64,000 nt of DNA from an uncultured Actinomycetes bacterium (GTDB lineage: Bacteria; Chloroflexota; Dormibacteria; Aeolococcales; Aeolococcaceae), in contig CAZDTK010000009.1 in NCBI GenBank assembly GCA_964508345.1, positions 14,489 to 78,488 on the forward strand, in the 5' to 3' direction. This document shows, piece after piece, positions 55,181 through 63,725 of the stretch. A program made the translations under genes and the position numbers. The stretch's first letter is position 1; every line of letters begins with the position of its first letter. The notes beneath the pieces were generated by a model. It did no database searches and was not told the origin of the DNA. It saw nothing but the letters and a program-made list of their open reading frames with translations.

Positions 55181-56617
55181 GTGCCGGCGATGGGAATGGA
55201 GGCCGCCTCCGGGCCGACGCCCGTCGCCACCGCAACCTTCCCCTCCGCGCCCCCGCGCGGCGGCCGCTGGGGAGTCTGGCACGCGCGACTGTCGCTCCAC
55301 CCGCGATGGTGGCTTGCCGGCGCGGCGCTGGCGACCGCACTGCTGTGGTGGTCGCACCTGCCCTCCCTGCTGCTCCAGGCGCAGCTCTACGCCGACGACG
55401 GCAACTGGTACCAGGGGGCGTACGTGCACGGGCCGATAGGGTCCCTGCTCCTTCCGGCCAACGGCTACCTGGTCCTGCTCCAGCGGGGCACGGCGTCCCT
55501 GTCACTGCTCCTGCCGCTCATCGCGGTGCCGGCGTTCTTCAACCTGGCGGCGCTGCTCGTCGAGGTCGGCGGCATCTGCTACCTGCTCTCGTCACGGATG
55601 GCCGCGGCCATCCCCCACCTCGGGGTGCGGATCGCCATCGCCGCCCTGGTCATCGCGGTCCCCAACGCCTACGACACCAGCGGCAACCTGACCAACGCGC
55701 AGTGGCACCTCGGCCTCATCGCCTTCCTGGTGGTTTTCGCCGCACCCCCGCGGCGCGCCGGGGGCTGGGTGACCGACGCGGTGGTGCTCATCCTCTCCGG
55801 TCTCAGCGGCCCGTACTGTCTGCTGCTCGAGCCCATCGTGGGCTGGCGCTGGCTGCGGGGGCGCGCCGATCGGCGGGGAGCGCTCATCCTCGTGGCCAAC
55901 TCCGCCTGCGCCGTGGTGCAGCTCGCCGTCATCGCCGCCACCGCCAGCGTCCGCCAGGGTCTCACGGCGCTGGACCCGAGCCCGACCTCGCTGGTCACAA
56001 TCCTGGGGCGCCAGATCACCCTGGGATTGACCGTGGGAGCCCACGGCCTCACCACCCTCGTCGGAACGCCCTTGGGCGGCGACCCCGTGGTCCTCGGCCT
56101 GCTGGCGGCCCTTCCGGTTCTCACCTGCGGCTGGGCGATGTGGCGGGGCCCAGCCGTGCTCCGTGCCTTCTGCCTCCTCGCGACCCTCGAGCTGCTGCTC
56201 GCCCTGGCCACGCCGTCGATCGCGGCCCCACGGTGGCCGAACCTCGGCAGGCCCGCCGACATCGTGAACTTCCACCCCGGCGGCATCCGCTACTTCCTCT
56301 ACCCCCTGCTCGCCCTCGCGCTCTCGCTGGGGTGGCTCGTGGTGGTGGGGGTGCGCCGGGAGCTGGCCCGCAGGGGCGGTCAGGGAGCGGGGTCGCGCCG
56401 GCTGCCGCTCGCCGGAGCACGGGCCGTGGCCTCCGTGGCAGCCGTCCTGCTCTTCGTGGCCGCGCTCGACGGGGTTCCCGCGGACTGGGAGTACCCACCG
56501 TACCTGGACCTGCACTGGGGCGCCGAGGTTCAGCGCTGGGAGACGGCGGCCCCGGGCACGCCGGTGAGCTTCCCCCTCAATCCCCCGGGCTTCACGATGA
56601 CCCTGGTCGCCCGCTAG
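55181..56617 (+). CDS. hypothetical polytopic membrane protein (divergent partner of the GT-like gene)
   Basis: 478 aa with ~10 TM helices and Trp/Tyr-rich loops ('LYADDGNWYQGAYVHGPIGSLL'); high GC3. The start could be a few codons downstream because only 23 bp separate it from the divergent gene. Confidence 0.55.
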   Translation: MPAMGMEAASGPTPVATATFPSAPPRGGRWGVWHARLSLHPRWWLAGAALATALLWWSHLPSLLLQAQLYADDGNWYQGAYVHGPIGSLLLPANGYLVLLQRGTASLSLLLPLIAVPAFFNLAALLVEVGGICYLLSSRMAAAIPHLGVRIAIAALVIAVPNAYDTSGNLTNAQWHLGLIAFLVVFAAPPRRAGGWVTDAVVLILSGLSGPYCLLLEPIVGWRWLRGRADRRGALILVANSACAVVQLAVIAATASVRQGLTALDPSPTSLVTILGRQITLGLTVGAHGLTTLVGTPLGGDPVVLGLLAALPVLTCGWAMWRGPAVLRAFCLLATLELLLALATPSIAAPRWPNLGRPADIVNFHPGGIRYFLYPLLALALSLGWLVVVGVRRELARRGGQGAGSRRLPLAGARAVASVAAVLLFVAALDGVPADWEYPPYLDLHWGAEVQRWETAAPGTPVSFPLNPPGFTMTLVAR

Positions 56618-56644
56618 CGGGATTGGCGGCGCCCCGCGAGAGGC

Positions 56645-57196
56645 TCAGAGCCCCTGGTGGGCGGGCACGCGCCCGCCGGGTTCCTCGGCCCCCTCGGGGG
56701 TCGCGCCGAGACGGCGGTAATCCTCGATCGCCTGCAGGATCTGGGTGTAGAAGCGGTCGGGCCGGGGCACCAGTCGGAGGACCTCGGTGCCGTCGCGTCC
56801 GGCCGACTGGATCTCCACCGAACCCGCTCCGATGAGGCGCTCGGCGAAGGGCCGCCGGACCACCGTGTCCTGGATGCGGTCGAGGCCGATGGATTCGGAG
56901 ACCTGGGAGATGACACCCTTGGAGAGGATGATGCGGTGCGTGGTGAGCGTGTAGCTCTCGCAGCGCCAGCGCAGCACGCGGATCACGAACCAGCCGACCA
57001 CCAGCACGGCCACCACCGCGTCGGCGACGGCCTTGACGGTGCCGGTCGACTTGCCGAAGGCGCTGCCGGGCACCAGCTGGATCAGGACCAGCGGCACTCC
57101 GAGGCAGACGATCGCCACCAGCACGGCCGGTACCAGCACGGCGACGTGCTGGCGCTCCACCGTGATCACGCTCTCACCGGACAGCAGGTGCGGCAT
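56645..57196 (-). CDS. bacterial PH-domain (YdbS/DUF304-like) membrane protein
   Basis: Two N-terminal TM helices, then 'CESYTLTTHRIILSKGVISQVSESIGLDRIQDTVVRRPFAERLIGAGSVEIQS', which matches the bPH_2 fold pattern. Confidence 0.65.
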   Translation of the reverse strand: MPHLLSGESVITVERQHVAVLVPAVLVAIVCLGVPLVLIQLVPGSAFGKSTGTVKAVADAVVAVLVVGWFVIRVLRWRCESYTLTTHRIILSKGVISQVSESIGLDRIQDTVVRRPFAERLIGAGSVEIQSAGRDGTEVLRLVPRPDRFYTQILQAIEDYRRLGATPEGAEEPGGRVPAHQGL

Positions 57197-57271
57197 ATCG
57201 CGACATGATGGCGCATCCGGCGGAGGTCAGGCGAGGGCGATCCGGCTAAGGATCGGTGGAGCTGCGCCGGC

Positions 57272-58036
57272 TCAGGTGAACGGAAAGCTCTGGAAGATGA
57301 CCAGGGCCGCGCCGGCGCAGAGGAAGGGCCCGTACGGGATCGGGTCCTTGAGGCTGCGCACCCGGGTGACCAGGAGGACGAGGGCGACGGCGCCGCCCAG
57401 GAAGACGCCGAAGGCGACCGCGTAGACCGCCTGGAGGTGCGAGGGGCTGTCGAAGCCGAGACCGGTGAGGGCGCCGATGAGGGCGGCCAGCTTGACGTCG
57501 CCCAGCCCGATGCCCCGACGGGAGATGAGGTGGAAGAGCAGGAAGAAGGCGCCCATGACCGCCGCACCGATCAGCGCCCGGGTGAACGAGAGCCCCGGCG
57601 TCACAGCCGAGAGCACCACGGCCAGCGCCAGCGCGGGATAGGTCACCTTGTCAAGGATCAGCCGGTGCTTGAGGTCGAAGGTGACGATCTGGACGAAGAC
57701 GGCCATCCAGAACAGGTTCTCGATCGTCACCCAGGTGAGCCCCTCACGGCTCGCGAACAGGCCGAAGGCGAGCGCCCCCAGGACCGGGGCGGCGCCCCAC
57801 TCCAGCCAGGTCCAGCCGTACCGCTCCGGCAGCCAGGGCGGGGCGGGCTCGGGTTCCTCGCCCCGGGTGGCCGCCTCGGCGGCCTCCTTGGCGACCTCGG
57901 CCTCGTACTCGGCGCGTTCCTCGTCCTCCTCGACGCGGAGCCCCTCCCACCGCTCGAGCGCGACGTCGAGCCAGCCGATGCCGAATCCCGACCCGGCGCC
58001 GACCACGGCCGCCCCGATCGTGAAGAGCAGGTTCAC
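57272..58036 (-). CDS. A24-family prepilin peptidase
   Basis: Catalytic-region motif 'GIGLGDVKLAALIGALTGL' and a polytopic membrane core. Has an acidic cytoplasmic insert and no N-terminal zinc-finger domain. The GTG start overlaps the aroE TGA. Confidence 0.8.
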   Translation of the reverse strand: MNLLFTIGAAVVGAGSGFGIGWLDVALERWEGLRVEEDEERAEYEAEVAKEAAEAATRGEEPEPAPPWLPERYGWTWLEWGAAPVLGALAFGLFASREGLTWVTIENLFWMAVFVQIVTFDLKHRLILDKVTYPALALAVVLSAVTPGLSFTRALIGAAVMGAFFLLFHLISRRGIGLGDVKLAALIGALTGLGFDSPSHLQAVYAVAFGVFLGGAVALVLLVTRVRSLKDPIPYGPFLCAGAALVIFQSFPFT

Positions 58037-58878
58037 CGTGCCAGCTCCTCCTCGAGCGCGGTGCGGGCGGCGTGCCACGGGGGGTCCACCCCGGTCCAGC
58101 GCTGGAAGCTGAGCATCCCCTGGAAGAGCAGCATCTCGACACCATCGACCGCGCGCAGCCCCGCCGCCAGCGCGGCGGCCACCACGTCCACGGGCCGCGG
58201 CCGGTAGCGGAGGTCGACGACGACGCAGCGGGTGGGGAGCAGGTCGAGACGGAGCGGGAGGCCGGCGAGGTCCACGGGCGCGGCGTTGACCAGGATCTCG
58301 GTCTCGTGGGCGGCGCGCGCGATCGCGGCGGCGTCCTGCCATACGAGGTGGCGGGCGGTGCCGGGGGCGACGCGCTCGCAGAGCTGCTCGGCCTGCTCGG
58401 GCCGGCGGGCCACGACGACGACCTCATCGAGGCGCATCCGGCGCAGCGCGAGAACGCAGGCGGCGGCGGCGCCCCCCGCCCCGAGCACAATAGCCCGCCC
58501 CTCGGAGGCCGGCTGGACGCGCTGGTAGGCGAGGGCGAGGGCGAAGCCGCGGGCGTCGGTGTTGTCGCCGATCAGGGCCCCCTCGTGCCCCACCACTGTA
58601 TTGACGGCCCCGCAGAGCTCGGCGTCCCCCTCCAGGCGGTCGCAGGCCGCGGCCACGACCCCCTTGTAGGGGATGGTGACGTTGCAGCCGGCGAGCGCTC
58701 CCTCGCGAAGCCGCCCGAGCAGACCGGGCAGCTCATCGGGGCTGACGTCCAGGAGCGCGTAGTCGCCCTCGAGCCCGCGGGCCCGGAGCGCCGCGCGCTG
58801 CATCGCGGGCGACGGCGAGCCCCCTATCCCCGACCCGATGAGCCCGAGCTGGAACTGGCGCGGCCCGGCTAGAGGCAC
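58033..58878 (-). CDS. aroE: shikimate dehydrogenase
   Basis: 'LGLIGSGIGGSPSPAMQ...NVTIPYK...NTD..G...VLGAGGAAAA' are AroE motifs. Confidence 0.9.
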   Translation of the reverse strand: MPLAGPRQFQLGLIGSGIGGSPSPAMQRAALRARGLEGDYALLDVSPDELPGLLGRLREGALAGCNVTIPYKGVVAAACDRLEGDAELCGAVNTVVGHEGALIGDNTDARGFALALAYQRVQPASEGRAIVLGAGGAAAACVLALRRMRLDEVVVVARRPEQAEQLCERVAPGTARHLVWQDAAAIARAAHETEILVNAAPVDLAGLPLRLDLLPTRCVVVDLRYRPRPVDVVAAALAAGLRAVDGVEMLLFQGMLSFQRWTGVDPPWHAARTALEEELAR

Positions 58879-58894
58879 CGGCGGCGTGGCCTAC

Positions 58895-59917
58895 CTAGGA
58901 ACATGAGTTCTCATATTCGGCAACCTGCTGCTCGTGCTGGGCCTCGGTGACGGAAAAGTGGGCGACCCCGCACGGGTCGGTCACGTAGAAGAGGTAGGAG
59001 GTGGAGGCGGGGGCGAGCGCCCCGCGGAGGGCCGCGGCCCCGGGGTTGTCGATCGGGGTGGGGGGCAGCCCTGGGTTGAGGTATGTGTTGTATTGGGTTT
59101 GCGTCGCCTCGTCGGCTCCGGACATCGACTGGCCCGCCTCCTTGAGCCCGTACATCACCGCCGAATCGATCTGCAGGCGCATGTTGACGGCCAGCCGGTT
59201 GTTGATGACCGAGGCCACTCCGGCGTAGTCGGGGGGCAGCGCCTCCGCCTCGAGCAGCGAGGCGGTGGTCAGATCGGCGTAGGCCTGGGAGCCCGAGGTG
59301 GGCAGCAGCGGCACGGCGTCGGACTGGAAGGCGTTCAGCTGCTGTTGGACGATGTACTGGGCACTGGCACAGTCCGGCACGGTGTAGGTGGCCGGGAAGA
59401 GGAAGCCCTCCAGCGACGTGTCCCCCGCCGGTCGCATGGAGAGGAAGGGCGCGTCGTAGCCGCCGCCGGCGACCGCGTCGAGGTACTCCTGGCGGGTGAC
59501 GTCCAGCCCCTTGGTCGAGGCGATCCGCGTGGCGATCTGGCTCACGTTGAACCCCTCGGGGATCACGAAGGTCACGCCCGGGCAGAAGGGCGCGGCCTGC
59601 AGGACGTTGACGATCTCGGCGGCGGCCATCCCCGAGGAGAGCTGGTACTCGCCGGCGCGCAGCTCGACTCCCTGCAGCCGGGCGTAGGCGGAGAAGAAGA
59701 AGGCGCTGTTGATCACCCCCTTGCTCTGCAGGTCGTCCGAGAGCTGCTCGAGGGTCTCTCCGGGCTTGACCGTCACCACCAGAGGGGCGCCGGCACCGAC
59801 CGCCCCCAGCTCCACGTGCGCGTAGACGAGGGTGGCGCCGGCGGCCGCGACCAGGAGCACGATCACCGCCACCAGGGCGAACACCAGCCCGAGCGCGCCC
59901 CCCTGAGCCCGCCTCAC
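58895..59917 (-). CDS. mltG: endolytic murein transglycosylase MltG (YceG family)
   Basis: N-terminal TM 'LVFALVAVIVLLVAAAG', YceG domain '...GEYQL...VTFVIPEGF...LEGFLFPATY...ASLLEAE...SVINNRL...LQID'. The GTG start overlaps the ruvX TGA. Confidence 0.85.
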   Translation of the reverse strand: MRRAQGGALGLVFALVAVIVLLVAAAGATLVYAHVELGAVGAGAPLVVTVKPGETLEQLSDDLQSKGVINSAFFFSAYARLQGVELRAGEYQLSSGMAAAEIVNVLQAAPFCPGVTFVIPEGFNVSQIATRIASTKGLDVTRQEYLDAVAGGGYDAPFLSMRPAGDTSLEGFLFPATYTVPDCASAQYIVQQQLNAFQSDAVPLLPTSGSQAYADLTTASLLEAEALPPDYAGVASVINNRLAVNMRLQIDSAVMYGLKEAGQSMSGADEATQTQYNTYLNPGLPPTPIDNPGAAALRGALAPASTSYLFYVTDPCGVAHFSVTEAQHEQQVAEYENSCS

Positions 59918-60396
59918 TGCCGCGTACCGCCGGGGTGGGCGTCCAGGTAGCTCTGCAGGATGAGGCTGGCGGCCATGGCGTCCACCTTGCCGCGACGGTC
60001 CGAGCGCCGCACCCCGGCGGCGATGAGCGAGCGCTCCGCCTGCACCGTGGTCAGCCACTCGTCCCACATCTCGACGGGGAGCCCGAGCCGCCTCTGCGCA
60101 TCGGCCGCGAAGCTGCGTGCCGCGGCGGCGGCCACCCCCTCGGCGCCGTCCAGCCGCCGGGGCAGACCGATGACGAGGAGCCGGCACTCCCGTTCCGCGC
60201 AGGTGCGCTCGAGCTCGGCCCAGAAGCGCGGGTGGCGCCGCTTCAGGATGCCCAGCGGGGTCGCGATCGTCCCGGTGGGGTCGGCACCCGCGAGCCCCAC
60301 CCTCCGGGTGCCCAGGTCGACTCCAATGGCGGCGGTCTCTCCCGTTCCGCCGCGGCTCCCGCTCAGCGGCTCAGCCTCCGCTGCTCGACGAGCCAC
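59914..60396 (-). CDS. ruvX: Holliday junction resolvase-like protein RuvX (YqgF)
   Basis: 'IGVDLGTRRVGLAGADPTG...LLVIGLPRRLDGAEGV...LPVEMWDEWLTTVQAE' is the YqgF fold. The true start may be internal (the N-terminal 20 aa overlap the upstream gene). Confidence 0.85.
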   Translation of the reverse strand: MARRAAEAEPLSGSRGGTGETAAIGVDLGTRRVGLAGADPTGTIATPLGILKRRHPRFWAELERTCAERECRLLVIGLPRRLDGAEGVAAAAARSFAADAQRRLGLPVEMWDEWLTTVQAERSLIAAGVRRSDRRGKVDAMAASLILQSYLDAHPGGTRQ

Positions 60397-62449
60397 CCGC
60401 CGGGGTGACGTACGTCTCGACGATCTTGATGTTGGAGCTGAACAGCGGCATGAAGAACAGCTGGACCGGGCTGATGTGCACGCTCACGCTCTGCACGTCG
60501 GGAATCTGCTGCTCGACGAGGGTGGCCACGTCGCCGGGGCTGTGCCCGGTGAGCTGGCTCTGGAGCTGGGTGAGGCTGACCGCCACGGGATGGTAGTAGT
60601 CGACGCCGGTGACCGACATGGCGAAGGTGCCGTCACTCCCCGACTGGATGACCTGGAGGTTCTTGAGCTGGAGCTGGCTGGCGATCAGGGTGTCGCCGGA
60701 GGGCAGGTTGGTCGACTTCTCCAGGTCGGCGAGCACGATGGCCTGCACAGCCGCCGGGTTGTAGACGGTCTCCGACGCGGTCATGGTCACGGTGACCGTC
60801 TCCGCCGTCATCACGGTGTTCGCAGCCACCGTCGAGAAGCTGGTGGGGCTGATGGTGAAGGAGACGGTTCTGCCGTCGCCGTTGGGGTCGATGGCCGGCT
60901 TGTCCTGGCCGGCCTTGGCCGCGAGGTCGGCATCGGCTGCCTCCGTGAGCGCGGTCTCACTCTGGCTCACCTCGTCCTGCCATGTGGCGACGTCGGAGGC
61001 GTCGGCCACCGTCTCCGTCGTCGCGTTTGTCCCCCCGGTTGTCGCGGCCGAGTTGGCGACCGTGACGGACGTGGCCGTCCCGTAGACGCCGCAGCCACTC
61101 GATGTACACGGATCGTTTACCCACGTGTCGATAGCCTCTTGAGCCACATCTCCGGTTGCGCCCTCGGCCACCGCTTGGACGGAGATCGGAGCGGTCGAGT
61201 CGTTGCCCGGATACAGGAAGACCTGGCCCGTGCCGGTGGTCTCGAACTCGATGGCGGTGGCGGTTTGGAATATGAGCGGCGAGCTTGCTGTGTACGGGTA
61301 ACTCAGGTCGGCGCCGGAGTTGGCAGTCACGACGACGTTTCCAGTCGCAAAGGTGGCAGGCACCGGCTGCGTCCCCGACGGACTCGCCTGAAACGATTGG
61401 CTGGTCGAGGCTGATGGACCATCCGTCACCACCATGCTCTGCACGAAGTTGCTGGTGCCGCTGGTGGGGGCGGTGGTCGCGCCCTGGATGGTCGGGGTGA
61501 CCGTGAGCGGCTGTTCCGCCACCGTCACGCTGACCAGCGCGGACGGGCTGAGGACCAGGAAGGCGATGAGACCGATCACCACGACGGCGATGGCGATGAA
61601 GATCATCGCGGTGCGGTTCTGCAGCAGGGTGCGGGTCCGGCTCTGAGCCGGCGCGGGGAGGCGGCTGGGCATGGGCCCGCGACCCGGAGGGACGGGTGGT
61701 GGCGGCGGGTAGCCGGGCTGCCGCGCTCCCAGGACCGTTCCGGCCACCCCTGGCTCGAACGGATCGCGCGAGCGGCCCGCCGCCCAGGGCGGTGCCGGCT
61801 CCTCCCAGTCCGAGGCTTCGGGCCCGGGGCTCCACTGGGTCCCCGGGCGTGGCGTGAACGGGGTCCCCGGAGTGGGGGTGGCGACGGGAGCGACCCCCGC
61901 CGCATCCAGGACCGGCGGCACGCGCGGGCGCAGCGGCCCGGCCGGGGCGTCCCATGGGTCCTGGGGGCCGCCGGGAGCGGTCCAGGGCCCCAGGGGAGTG
62001 GCGGGCGGAGCCTGCAGGGGCGTGCCGGGAGTGGCGCCGAGGCCGTTGCCGCCCCCGACCGGCCCCGGCACCGAGGCCGCCCCTCGGGGAAGGAACGGAG
62101 GCTGGGGGCGCGGCGCAGGCGTCGGGCCCACCCCTGCCCGGTATGCCGGCGCGTTGGGGCGCGCGCTGAGCGGCACGCCCCCCTCGTAGGCGGCGACCGA
62201 GGCGTAGGCGGAGACGCCCACGCTCCGGGCCAGCTCCTGGATCCGCGGGTCCGGGCTGACCACCGACGCGGTCAAGCCGCGCCTGGCGCCGACGCTGCGG
62301 AGCAGGCGGACGTTGAGCGGCGACTGGAACGCCTGGGCTCCCGGCGGGACCACCAGGGCGACCTCGTCACCGGGGTCCGCCGCCTGCATCTTGCCGGCGA
62401 GGTCCGATACGTCGTCCTCGGGGCCGACGTAGATCAGCCTCTTGGCCAT
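60371..62449 (-). CDS. hypothetical single-pass membrane protein: cytoplasmic N-domain, Pro-rich linker, TM, long Thr/Ser/Ala-rich extracytoplasmic domain
   Basis: 692 aa. The N-terminus 'MAKRLIYVGPEDDVSDLAGKMQAADPGDEVALVVPPGAQAFQSPLNVRLLRSVGARRGLTASVVSPDPRIQELARSVGV' is followed by ~170 aa of P/G/A-rich sequence, then the TM 'AMIFIAIAVVVIGLIAFLVL', then ~400 aa that are rich in T/S/A/V. High GC3 throughout. Confidence 0.65.
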   Translation of the reverse strand: MAKRLIYVGPEDDVSDLAGKMQAADPGDEVALVVPPGAQAFQSPLNVRLLRSVGARRGLTASVVSPDPRIQELARSVGVSAYASVAAYEGGVPLSARPNAPAYRAGVGPTPAPRPQPPFLPRGAASVPGPVGGGNGLGATPGTPLQAPPATPLGPWTAPGGPQDPWDAPAGPLRPRVPPVLDAAGVAPVATPTPGTPFTPRPGTQWSPGPEASDWEEPAPPWAAGRSRDPFEPGVAGTVLGARQPGYPPPPPVPPGRGPMPSRLPAPAQSRTRTLLQNRTAMIFIAIAVVVIGLIAFLVLSPSALVSVTVAEQPLTVTPTIQGATTAPTSGTSNFVQSMVVTDGPSASTSQSFQASPSGTQPVPATFATGNVVVTANSGADLSYPYTASSPLIFQTATAIEFETTGTGQVFLYPGNDSTAPISVQAVAEGATGDVAQEAIDTWVNDPCTSSGCGVYGTATSVTVANSAATTGGTNATTETVADASDVATWQDEVSQSETALTEAADADLAAKAGQDKPAIDPNGDGRTVSFTISPTSFSTVAANTVMTAETVTVTMTASETVYNPAAVQAIVLADLEKSTNLPSGDTLIASQLQLKNLQVIQSGSDGTFAMSVTGVDYYHPVAVSLTQLQSQLTGHSPGDVATLVEQQIPDVQSVSVHISPVQLFFMPLFSSNIKIVETYVTPAGGSSSSGG

Positions 62450-62462
62450 TCTCCGGCCCTCA

Positions 62463-63725
62463 TCACACCTTCATCGCCTTCATGACGCGCCGCATCAGTC
62501 CGCCCAGCGGTTCGTCGGCGTCATCTTCCAGGGACACCGCATGATACGCAAGCCCCATGGGCGTGACATCCTGGCTGCCGACCAAAAGGCCGGTGGAGTC
62601 GTGGATTCCCTGGACGTCGCCGGGGCCCAGCACCTTGATCCGCGGCTGGCGGGTCATCCCCATCTCCGTCCAGTCCAGCGTCCCCAGCTGCTCCCCCACC
62701 TCGGGGAGGCCGGCGCCGCCGCCGGCCAGGTAGAGCGCGGGCGGAAGCGGCTCCTTGCCGGAGAGCTCCTCGAGGGTGAGCGCGACCCCCTGGGCCAGCA
62801 CCTCGGCGGTGGGCACCACGGTGATCCGGGCGGCGGCGTCCTGCTCGGCGGGCAGCCGCCCCTCGGCGTGGGCCAGCTTGAACCGCTCCGCCTCCTCCAG
62901 GGTCATGGTCAGCTCGTTGGCGATCCTGCGGGTGAAGGAGCGCCCTCCCAGGGCGAACATGCGGATCGCCTCGATGCCGCGCCGCACCACGGCGATGTCG
63001 GTGGTCCCCCCGCCGACGTCGACGTAGACGCCGCCGTACTCGTACACCTCCTCGGTGGCGCAGCCGCGGGTGAGCGCGTAGGGCTCGGCGACGGTCGCCA
63101 CCAGCTCCAGGTCCAGCTCCTGGGCGATGGTCTGGAGCGCCCCGATGTGGGTCAGCGGGGCGAAGGTGTTGAAGACCGATATCTCCAGCACCTGCCCCTG
63201 GAAGTCGATGGGGTTGGTGACCGCGTAGCCGTCGATGTGCACCGCCGTGATGCTGCTGTGCACGAGCTTGACATTGACCTCAGCCACCCCCAGCTCGTGG
63301 GACATCTGGCGCACCGCCTCGCGCATCGCGCGCCTCTGGACCGCCTGGAGGGCGGTGGCGATGTCGGTCTGGGTGATCCGGGCCTGGGGCTGGGTCCGGG
63401 GCATGGTCATGGTGGTGCTGAAACCCCGGACCTGCTCGCCGGCGATGCCCATCACCACCTGCCCGGGGATGGTGCCGCACATGTCCTCGGCCTGGGTGAG
63501 CGCGCGGTCGCAGTTGTCGATGACGCCCTGGATGTCGGCCACCGCGCCCGCCTGCATGTCGGTCAGCGATTGGCGGATCTTGCCGACGCCGATCACGATG
63601 CCCTCGCCGGCCTCGCGCTTCACCACCAGCGCCTTGACGAACTCGGTGCCGATGTCGAGCACCGTGTAGTGGCTGTGGAACTCGCCGCGCCGCCGCAGCA
63701 GGGCGAACTTCTTGCGTCCCATCAC
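62463..63725 (-). CDS. FtsA-like actin-fold ATPase (cell-division protein FtsA family)
   Basis: 420 aa; 'YTVLDIGTEFVKALVV' (phosphate 1), 'GVYVDVGGGTTDIAVV' (phosphate 2), and the adenosine motif 'LYLAGGGAGLPEV'. The C-terminal amphipathic 'GGLMRRVMKAMKV' resembles the FtsA membrane-targeting helix. Confidence 0.75.
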   Translation of the reverse strand: MMGRKKFALLRRRGEFHSHYTVLDIGTEFVKALVVKREAGEGIVIGVGKIRQSLTDMQAGAVADIQGVIDNCDRALTQAEDMCGTIPGQVVMGIAGEQVRGFSTTMTMPRTQPQARITQTDIATALQAVQRRAMREAVRQMSHELGVAEVNVKLVHSSITAVHIDGYAVTNPIDFQGQVLEISVFNTFAPLTHIGALQTIAQELDLELVATVAEPYALTRGCATEEVYEYGGVYVDVGGGTTDIAVVRRGIEAIRMFALGGRSFTRRIANELTMTLEEAERFKLAHAEGRLPAEQDAAARITVVPTAEVLAQGVALTLEELSGKEPLPPALYLAGGGAGLPEVGEQLGTLDWTEMGMTRQPRIKVLGPGDVQGIHDSTGLLVGSQDVTPMGLAYHAVSLEDDADEPLGGLMRRVMKAMKV

